From the IMG/VR virus record IMGVR_UViG_3300018481_000003, positions 1 through 64,000 of that record: DNA of 64,000 nucleotides; one strand, given 5' to 3'. Under the pieces are notes generated by a model. It was given only the letters and a program-made list of their open reading frames with translations, searched no databases and was not told the DNA's origin. This DNA comes from a virus. Positions 14,700 through 21,897 of this stretch are shown in pieces. The translations under genes and the position numbers were made by a program. Positions within the stretch are counted from its first letter, which is position 1, and each line of letters opens with the position of its first letter.

Positions 14700-16268
14700 A
14701 TGACTCGGCCGTCCGTCAAGCATGACGGGTTTCTGGTCCCCAACGCCGCCCTTGTGGACCACCCGAGGATGGCTGAGCCGGATCAGATCGACTTCAACAC
14801 TGTCGCCCAGGCTCGTTGGGGTGTGGTCGAGGGCTGCTTGGTCACTGTGTCGGGATCACAGGCCCAATGCACCCTTGGTGGCCTGGCCTTAGTCAATGGA
14901 GAACTCGTCACTGTCTCCCCTGGACAGACGGCGAACCTTGGTACCGGAGGGTCGCAGGACCGCTTCGATCTGATCACCGTTGACGGGGCCGGGACGCTGA
15001 AGGTGGCCTCAGGACTACCAGCAGTCGATCCGATCTTCCCTGACACCTTGGCCACCGAGACGGTGCTCGCTGCCGTGTTCATCCCCACCGGGGTGTCCAA
15101 TCTGTCGAGCAACGTCATCGACAAGCGCAAGTTCATCGTGCGCTCTCTGCTCACGAAGATCGGTGAGGGCGAGCCTCTGATCCGCAACATCAACGGGACC
15201 GGCGATCACTTCCTGGTCACTGGTGTGGGCAAGATGACGTGGGGCAGCGACACTGTCTTGCAGAAATCCGGGGCCTTCAAGCTCAAGGTGACCAGACACC
15301 TTGAGGTCGAAGGTGACGTTGCTGCTGGAGGGCACGTCCAGGCTCGGTCGTTGACGGCGACGGACAACGTCATCGGCGCCAACATCATGATCGGCTCTGA
15401 GCTTCCCGCCACGGCTATCGATGGGTCGATTTTCCAGCATGTCGGTGGGCGCCTGTACATCCGTAAGTCTGGTACTTGGAAGGAACTGGCGACCATCGAG
15501 AATGCCGTTCCGGTCGGCACGATCATCCAGAACGTCATTCCCCCATCCGCCATGCCTGCTGGTTGGATACCGGTCAACGGCACAGCACAGTTCTCGGTGA
15601 CTCAGTATCCGGCGTTGTTCGAAGTGCCGGGTCTGGCCACCTATGTCTCCGGGACCGGCGACAACAGGATGATGAAGTTGCCCGACGCCACAGGCCGGGT
15701 GTTGATGACTTCGTTCAACCAGCCCAAGGCATTGTCCACGGGTGGAGTCACCAACAACCAGGTCACGCTTCTTACCGGCAACCTCCCCAAGCACAAGCAC
15801 GGCGTTGGGGTGAACCCTTCCACTGCTGTCCAGGCCTCGCTCTATCTCGGTGTCGGCCTCGGTGGTGGTCACGGTCATGTCGTGGAACTCAGTGGTGGGC
15901 ACATTCACGACGTGATTGTTGAACACCACATCCACTATGGCTTTGACATGAACATGGCGTCAGTCAAGGGGGTCGGTGCGTTCAGCGGCGGTCGCTACAA
16001 GCTCGATGCTCTGTTCAACGACCGCAACCACCCGGTCACCGTGGACCTCTTCCCCTTCACGATGCCTCCCACTGGCGGCAGGGTCACCGTGACCAGCACC
16101 GGCTCGACGCACCGCCACGACATTCGGGAAGTTGCTGACCACAATCACCCGATCACCGGCAACATTCCGGCACACGATCATGTGGTGACCGAGAACGACG
16201 TTGGCGCTGGCACGCCGTTCGATATCACACCGGCGTTTCTGACGATCTACACATACATCAGGGTCTGA
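14700..16268 (+). CDS. fibre protein with a phage tail-collar domain and seven HxH motifs
   Basis: 522 aa. Collar-type motif ..PAGWIPVNGTAQFSVTQYPALFEVPGLATYVSGTGDNRMMKLPDATGRVLM.. It is followed by HKH, HGH, HIH, HIH, HRH, HNH and HDH. Confidence 0.75.
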   Translation: MTRPSVKHDGFLVPNAALVDHPRMAEPDQIDFNTVAQARWGVVEGCLVTVSGSQAQCTLGGLALVNGELVTVSPGQTANLGTGGSQDRFDLITVDGAGTLKVASGLPAVDPIFPDTLATETVLAAVFIPTGVSNLSSNVIDKRKFIVRSLLTKIGEGEPLIRNINGTGDHFLVTGVGKMTWGSDTVLQKSGAFKLKVTRHLEVEGDVAAGGHVQARSLTATDNVIGANIMIGSELPATAIDGSIFQHVGGRLYIRKSGTWKELATIENAVPVGTIIQNVIPPSAMPAGWIPVNGTAQFSVTQYPALFEVPGLATYVSGTGDNRMMKLPDATGRVLMTSFNQPKALSTGGVTNNQVTLLTGNLPKHKHGVGVNPSTAVQASLYLGVGLGGGHGHVVELSGGHIHDVIVEHHIHYGFDMNMASVKGVGAFSGGRYKLDALFNDRNHPVTVDLFPFTMPPTGGRVTVTSTGSTHRHDIREVADHNHPITGNIPAHDHVVTENDVGAGTPFDITPAFLTIYTYIRV

Positions 16269-16273
16269 TACCC

Positions 16274-17011
16274 ATGTATGTCGGCTCACGCTTCGGTCAG
16301 GACACCAAGGCTCGTATCGCTACCAGCACTTCTTTACTCTTGGAGGCTTCCGAGATGCCAGCCGAACCCTCCTATCAACAGTTGGTGTCGTTTCTCCCCG
16401 AGATCGTCTCCGGCAGCGGCATTTCTTCCGGTGGGCTGACATCCGCTGCCGGGGGCACGGACAGCGACGACTGGAAGGTCTATCCCGACCGTCTCGACCT
16501 GTACGTCTACCAAGGTGACGACATCCAGATCCCGCTGTACTTCGTCAACGCCGCCCAGCCGACTCTCGACATGTCCACCTGGGCCTGGAAAGCACAGGCC
16601 CGAATCAACCACCGCTACTACGCCGCACAGTCCCATGAGTTCATCATCGACACCGAGTTGATCTTGCCCACAGCGCCGGACACGGTCAACCAGACGTTGG
16701 TGACCCTGTTCTTACCCCGGTATCGCAACAGGTACGTAGGCCTCTACTCCTGGGAGCTTTACTCGATCAGCCCGTACGAGGGGCCGACCTTCGTTGACCC
16801 ACCACCGGACGCTCCCGAATTTCCACCGATCCCCGACGAGGAGTGGCCTCCTGTCGATCAGGTCAAGACGTGGATCTACGGGCGCTTCTACATCGTTCCG
16901 AGGACGACGACGACGGACTGGTTGCCGGTTCCTGACAACGCTCTTCATGCCGGTGAGACGGTCGTTGTCACACCGACTGGTACCTACGGCCCGAACGGGA
17001 GAGTGCCATGA
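16274..17011 (+). CDS. hypothetical structural protein; ATG 16355 (GGAGG 8 nt upstream) is an alternative start
   Basis: ORF 16274..17011. Its stop overlaps the next ATG (ATGA 17008-17011). Confidence 0.6.
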   Translation: MYVGSRFGQDTKARIATSTSLLLEASEMPAEPSYQQLVSFLPEIVSGSGISSGGLTSAAGGTDSDDWKVYPDRLDLYVYQGDDIQIPLYFVNAAQPTLDMSTWAWKAQARINHRYYAAQSHEFIIDTELILPTAPDTVNQTLVTLFLPRYRNRYVGLYSWELYSISPYEGPTFVDPPPDAPEFPPIPDEEWPPVDQVKTWIYGRFYIVPRTTTTDWLPVPDNALHAGETVVVTPTGTYGPNGRVP

Positions 17012-17217
17012 CCGTCATCTCTGCCCCCAACCAGCCCGTTCGGATCATCACTGGCGGCACCAATGGCGTCAACGTCACCGCTCGCACCGGTCCCGCTGGA
17101 CCAGCGGGTCCACCAGGGCCTCCCGGCGCTGCTGCACAATGGGATGCGATGAGTCAGGCCGAATACGACGCTCTGCCCGACAAAGACCCCAACACGCTGT
17201 ATGTCATCGTGCCGTAA
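17008..17217 (+). CDS. 69-aa collagen-like mini-protein
   Basis: Five G-X-Y triplets (GPAGPAGPPGPPGAA), then the QAEYDALPDKDPNTLYVIV motif common in phage fibre proteins. Confidence 0.65.
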   Translation: MTVISAPNQPVRIITGGTNGVNVTARTGPAGPAGPPGPPGAAAQWDAMSQAEYDALPDKDPNTLYVIVP

Positions 17218-17230
17218 GGAGGCAACCAAC

Positions 17231-17803
17231 ATGAAAGCAACCGCCTATCAGTTCGCTCACCATCGCATGGTCGATGGCGAGCGCTGCCTGATTTGGGGCA
17301 ATGGGATTGGCGAGTTGCTCATCCCGGTCAACTCCCCCGAGTACATCGAGGCCCTCAACGACCGCATCTGGTCACACAACGACCTCACCAACGAGGGCGA
17401 GGACGAACTGCTCAACACTTACTTCCGTACCCAGGCCAAGAAGGTCACCTTGTACGGGCGGCTGTACGGCGCAGGGACGTTCACCGATACATCCACGCTG
17501 GCATCCACCGGAGGTGCGACCGAGGTCACCGGCACCGGATACACCCCGACCTCGCAGTGTGCGTGGACGGTCGGTGACACCCACTTCGGTGCCCCGGCGA
17601 ACGTCTCCTCTTCGCAGACGACGACTTCGCAGACGAGGACGTTCACTGCTGGTGGCACTTGGACCGCTGCGGTGTCTCTCGTCTTGTCCGACGCTGCAAC
17701 AGGTACGTCGGGCAAGCTCATCGCCTGGGTTGCCCTGTCAACCACGCGCACGCTCGTCAACACCGACACCCTCGACGTTTCCATCGCTGTCGGACTGAAC
17801 TGA
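17231..17803 (+). CDS. hypothetical structural protein (190 aa), Thr/Ser/Gly-rich
   Basis: In-frame part of ORF 17201..17803. ATG 17231 lies 8 nt after TAAGGAGG. Confidence 0.7.
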   Translation: MKATAYQFAHHRMVDGERCLIWGNGIGELLIPVNSPEYIEALNDRIWSHNDLTNEGEDELLNTYFRTQAKKVTLYGRLYGAGTFTDTSTLASTGGATEVTGTGYTPTSQCAWTVGDTHFGAPANVSSSQTTTSQTRTFTAGGTWTAAVSLVLSDAATGTSGKLIAWVALSTTRTLVNTDTLDVSIAVGLN

Positions 17804-17831
17804 GGCCCGCCGCAACGGCGGGGAGTAACTG

Positions 17832-18614
17832 ATGGCCTTCCCGACCATCCCCACAGGCGGTCGGATTCTTGCCGCTAACCAACTGAACAACACCTCTCCC
17901 CGCACATTCCCTGACCTGAGCGGGCTGACCAAGAACTCGGGCGACTTGCTCATCGCCATCTGCGTCGCCTATCAGACCTCGACCGGCACGAACGCTGCGT
18001 TCTCTGGATGGACGGGCAGCTTCACTGAGTTCCACGACTCGGCGTCCTCGACGACGATGGCGATCGGTGCCGCCTACAAGTGGTCAACGGGTTCGGAGAC
18101 TGGCACGTTCGCCGTGACTCAGGCAGCGACGATCACTGGTGATGCCTCGATGATCCTTATGTCGATACCAGGCGCTCATGGTTCCACACCACCTGAAGCC
18201 GGTGGGCGTGTCTCGGCAACGACAGCGCTTCCCGATCCGACCTCGTTCGACCCGAGCGGCTGGGGGGTTGAGGACACGATGTGGATCAACGTCGTCGGTT
18301 GCGGCTGCACGAACATTGGCGGCACCTGGACCGGGTGCGGGGCGACGCCGCCGACGAATTACACCAACTGGCTCGACACCAACGCCGCCGACACCAGCGT
18401 CGTCGGTGACTGTGAAGCAGCAGTCTCCTTCCGCCACAACCGTGCCGCCGCCGAGGATGCAGGGACCGCCTCCGGTATCGACATCTCCAACGCCCGCAGC
18501 GCTGCACTGACCATCGCCGTCCGTCCTCTCGACCCCGGCCTCGACCCAGTCGCCCAGAACCCGGCCGACCTGCGTCGCCCACTACCCCGCCGCTTCCGCC
18601 TCAGATACCGATAG
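17832..18614 (+). CDS. hypothetical structural protein (260 aa)
   Basis: ORF 17832..18614 with SD GGGGAG upstream. Confidence 0.65.
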   Translation: MAFPTIPTGGRILAANQLNNTSPRTFPDLSGLTKNSGDLLIAICVAYQTSTGTNAAFSGWTGSFTEFHDSASSTTMAIGAAYKWSTGSETGTFAVTQAATITGDASMILMSIPGAHGSTPPEAGGRVSATTALPDPTSFDPSGWGVEDTMWINVVGCGCTNIGGTWTGCGATPPTNYTNWLDTNAADTSVVGDCEAAVSFRHNRAAAEDAGTASGIDISNARSAALTIAVRPLDPGLDPVAQNPADLRRPLPRRFRLRYR

Positions 18615-18622
18615 GAGCCTCT

Positions 18623-19087
18623 ATGCCCCGCATCTACACCTGCGAGTTTGAGAACATCGCCGTGACCACCGCCGTCGATATGTTCATCTTCGACCCGGCT
18701 GCGGAACGACCGATCGAGTTGATCGGCTTGTTCATCTCCCAGCACACCGAGGTGACCACGAACGTCGGCCGGGACGAGTTCATGAGGATGCGGATCATCC
18801 GCGGTCACACGACGGCGGGGACGGGCACGTCGGCAACGCCGGTTCCGATCGAACCGATCGATGTCGCCGCTGGGTTCACCTGTGTCACCAACGCGACGAC
18901 ATCAACGGCCGGGACAGCCGTCAACGTGCATTCCGAGGCGTGGAACGTGCGTACTGGGTTCGGCATGATATGGCCCGCCGACTCGGGACCGCAGACGACG
19001 GGGACGAGCCTGTTGGTTGTGCGTTTGATGGCCGCCCCGTCCGAATCGATCTCCTTCTCCGGTACCACCTACATCCGCGAGCTTTAA
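18623..19087 (+). CDS. hypothetical structural protein (154 aa)
   Basis: ORF 18623..19087 with SD TAGGAG upstream. Confidence 0.65.
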   Translation: MPRIYTCEFENIAVTTAVDMFIFDPAAERPIELIGLFISQHTEVTTNVGRDEFMRMRIIRGHTTAGTGTSATPVPIEPIDVAAGFTCVTNATTSTAGTAVNVHSEAWNVRTGFGMIWPADSGPQTTGTSLLVVRLMAAPSESISFSGTTYIREL

Positions 19088-19095
19088 GACGGATC

Positions 19096-21897
19096 ATGTC
19101 GAGGTTCCCGTATCCCGAGCGAGGGAGGACAGCCCTGCTGTGGCGTCCTCGCGCCCGTCGTCGGCTGGCGGGTGGGGCACCGGCAACGCTGGAGGAAGCA
19201 GCGACAGTTACGCAGGAAGGCTTCCGTTGGCGTAACGACGACGGCAGTGAGACAACAGCGACGTGGCTAGCGGCGCAGGACACGAACGCCTCGTTGGACA
19301 TTGGAGAGACTGCCCGACTGCGGATGATCCTCGACGCCACGGGCGACCCCGACCCGTTCCCTCCGACGCTGTACTACCGCAAGGTCGGCGGAGTAGGCGG
19401 CACTATCGGCAATACAACGCAGATGGGTAGCTCCGCAGGCGCCAACTCAGACTTCAACTGCGAGGCGCTTGTCGGGCCGTCGTATCGGTACACGGCGAGC
19501 AGTGGAGATGTCGTCACTGAGGTCGCTGTCTATGGCGACGGGACCGGCGACTGCCAGGTCGGCGTCTATGAGTACTCGGGCGGGGTGCCGACAACCAGGG
19601 TCGGCACGATCAACGTCGCTATTGAAGAGAGTGCTGGGTGGCATACGGGGTCGGGCAGCATCGCTCTGGCTGATGGCGTCACCTACGTCGTCGCCATCGA
19701 CTACTACCTGACAGCCGGATGGAACATTCGATACGGGACAACGTCAGCGGGAGACACGTCAATCTCCACGGTCGGGGCACCGACTCCGTCGTTGCAGGCG
19801 ACATGGACGCAAGCCTCGACGGCAGGAACCGCAACATCGTTCTACGCCACGGTGACCAACAACTCACCATGGCTGCCCGTCCCGGTCGGAGCCGGTGGCG
19901 GTGGCGTCGGCGGCATCATTGGCTGGGATCAGGAAGCTGCGACCTCAGCAGCAACGGGGGACAACTGGCAAATTCAATGCTTCGTTAGTAACGACCTTAC
20001 CCATGTAGCAAGTGAGGGTGACGTCGTTACTGAGTTCGTCGTTTATGGTGACGGAACAGGTCTTGCCGAGATGGCTCTCTACGAGATTTCAGGTGGAGTG
20101 CCAACTAATCGAGTTGGCACAGCAACGACAGTCAACATCGGGGCTGGTGCTGGTTGGCACGTTACGACCGTCGATATTCCGCTGACCGCTGGCATTCGCT
20201 ACGGCGTGGCTATGGATTACGAAGCTGGCCTAGGTTGGAACATTCGTTATGGCAGTGGACCAGGCGGTACGACAATGTCTTCGGGAGTAGCTTTCGGGCC
20301 GTTACCTTCTACTTGGAGTCAAACTGGTACCGGGACTGATGTCGTTTCGTTCTACGCCACGGTCACAGCAGCCTCGACCGACCCCGTCTACATCGCCGCC
20401 TCTTCCAACATCACTGCCGGGGGGCAGGACACGACCGCTCAACTGACTGCACCGTCTGGTAAGACAACGGCTGACTTCTCAGTCGGCCGCATGTGGGACG
20501 ACGAGAACGGCATTGACGAGATCGACATTGGCGTTGCCGCCTTCTTGCCGACCGATATCACTTGGGCCGAGGCGTTCTGGGCCGACGACCCTGGCTTCAC
20601 ACCTCCCGCTGACGGAGCCAACATCTCTGCGGCCACCGGACTCATGGGAGGAACCTGGTCAATCAATGCTGGCACGCCTCACTGGGTTGCCAACATGGCT
20701 GGCACCGGCAAGCCCGCAGTGCAGTTCAGTGGCGCAGAGCGGTTGATGCACACACTCGCCAGCGGGCTGAGTAACCGTACCTGGGTGATCGTGGGTCGGG
20801 CGCTCGGAACGTCTGATGCCGATCTCGTTGATGGCGAGATTCCATCTTCGGGTGGTGACGGACGTGTGCTGTTCGATTCCAACGGCGGTGATTTCCGGGT
20901 CTATGCAGGAAACTCCGTAGCTGTAACTAACTCAGATACGGGTCTGCACCTGTTCTTCGTTGAGTTCCGCCCAGCCGCCAACGAATCGTTGTGGATCGAT
21001 GGCACTCTGATCAGCAGCTTCGATGGTGGCACTCAAACCGGGACTACCGCCTTGGTCATTGGTTGTGGTCCGAGTGGAGGTGCCAACAGCGATGGGTCGC
21101 AGGTGGCCTTCGCTGGAATGTACAGCGGGCTGTTGACGCAAGATCAACGAGACGACCTGCTCGCCTGGTACCAGAGTCACTATGGCCGTTTGACGGTCAC
21201 CACCGACCTGATCGTCCACCTCGACGCCTCGACGCTGACGTTGGCCAACAACGATCCTGTGTCGTCGTGGACTGATGTGTCACCGGTGGGCACGAACCAC
21301 GCAACCCCTGTGGCTGACACCAACAGGCCCTTGTATATCGCTTCCGGCCTCAATGGGTTGCCGACCGTGCGCTTCGACGGTACCGACAACTACTTGACGA
21401 TGCCCTCGGGGTTCTCGACGTGGACCGCTGGATTCACCTGGTTCTTCGTAGCCACTCCCGGCGCTACGCCAACGAACAATGAGAAGTTTCTCTCGTTCTC
21501 CAGCGGAGGAAGTCGGGTTATTGCCTGTGGTCGGAACGCTTCGACTTCGGAAGGGATCTTGTTCTCCTACAACTCCAGTGACGCTGTTCGATACTTCTAC
21601 AGTTCCACTGGACTCTCTCCCGCCAGTACTGGCGCTGTGTACTCGTTCCACAACCCGGCCGGGACAGCCGACGCCGCAGTCAGCGGAGAGATGCGTAAGG
21701 GCAATGTGTCGTTCGGGACTGGTGACACGTACATCCCGCCGGTCGTCACCCGCTCCGACAACTTCATCGGCGTGTCGTGGTTCGGACCAGAGTTCTACAA
21801 GGGCGACTTCTCCGAGATCCTCGTCTACAACCGGGCGCTCACCGAGCCTGAGATCACCGCCGTCTACGCCTATCTCAATGAGAAGTACGGCCTCTGA
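19096..21897 (+). CDS. large fibre/lectin-like protein: tandem ~150-aa duplicated domain plus two LamG (concanavalin-like) domains
   Basis: In-frame part of ORF 18940..21897 from ATG 19096; the upstream extension overlaps the previous gene. Duplicated units both end ..SFYATVT. The C-terminal halves have LamG-type patterns (..LNGLPTVRFDGTDNYLTMP.., ..GDFSEILVYNRALTEPEITAVYAYLNEKYGL). Confidence 0.7.
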   Translation: MSRFPYPERGRTALLWRPRARRRLAGGAPATLEEAATVTQEGFRWRNDDGSETTATWLAAQDTNASLDIGETARLRMILDATGDPDPFPPTLYYRKVGGVGGTIGNTTQMGSSAGANSDFNCEALVGPSYRYTASSGDVVTEVAVYGDGTGDCQVGVYEYSGGVPTTRVGTINVAIEESAGWHTGSGSIALADGVTYVVAIDYYLTAGWNIRYGTTSAGDTSISTVGAPTPSLQATWTQASTAGTATSFYATVTNNSPWLPVPVGAGGGGVGGIIGWDQEAATSAATGDNWQIQCFVSNDLTHVASEGDVVTEFVVYGDGTGLAEMALYEISGGVPTNRVGTATTVNIGAGAGWHVTTVDIPLTAGIRYGVAMDYEAGLGWNIRYGSGPGGTTMSSGVAFGPLPSTWSQTGTGTDVVSFYATVTAASTDPVYIAASSNITAGGQDTTAQLTAPSGKTTADFSVGRMWDDENGIDEIDIGVAAFLPTDITWAEAFWADDPGFTPPADGANISAATGLMGGTWSINAGTPHWVANMAGTGKPAVQFSGAERLMHTLASGLSNRTWVIVGRALGTSDADLVDGEIPSSGGDGRVLFDSNGGDFRVYAGNSVAVTNSDTGLHLFFVEFRPAANESLWIDGTLISSFDGGTQTGTTALVIGCGPSGGANSDGSQVAFAGMYSGLLTQDQRDDLLAWYQSHYGRLTVTTDLIVHLDASTLTLANNDPVSSWTDVSPVGTNHATPVADTNRPLYIASGLNGLPTVRFDGTDNYLTMPSGFSTWTAGFTWFFVATPGATPTNNEKFLSFSSGGSRVIACGRNASTSEGILFSYNSSDAVRYFYSSTGLSPASTGAVYSFHNPAGTADAAVSGEMRKGNVSFGTGDTYIPPVVTRSDNFIGVSWFGPEFYKGDFSEILVYNRALTEPEITAVYAYLNEKYGL

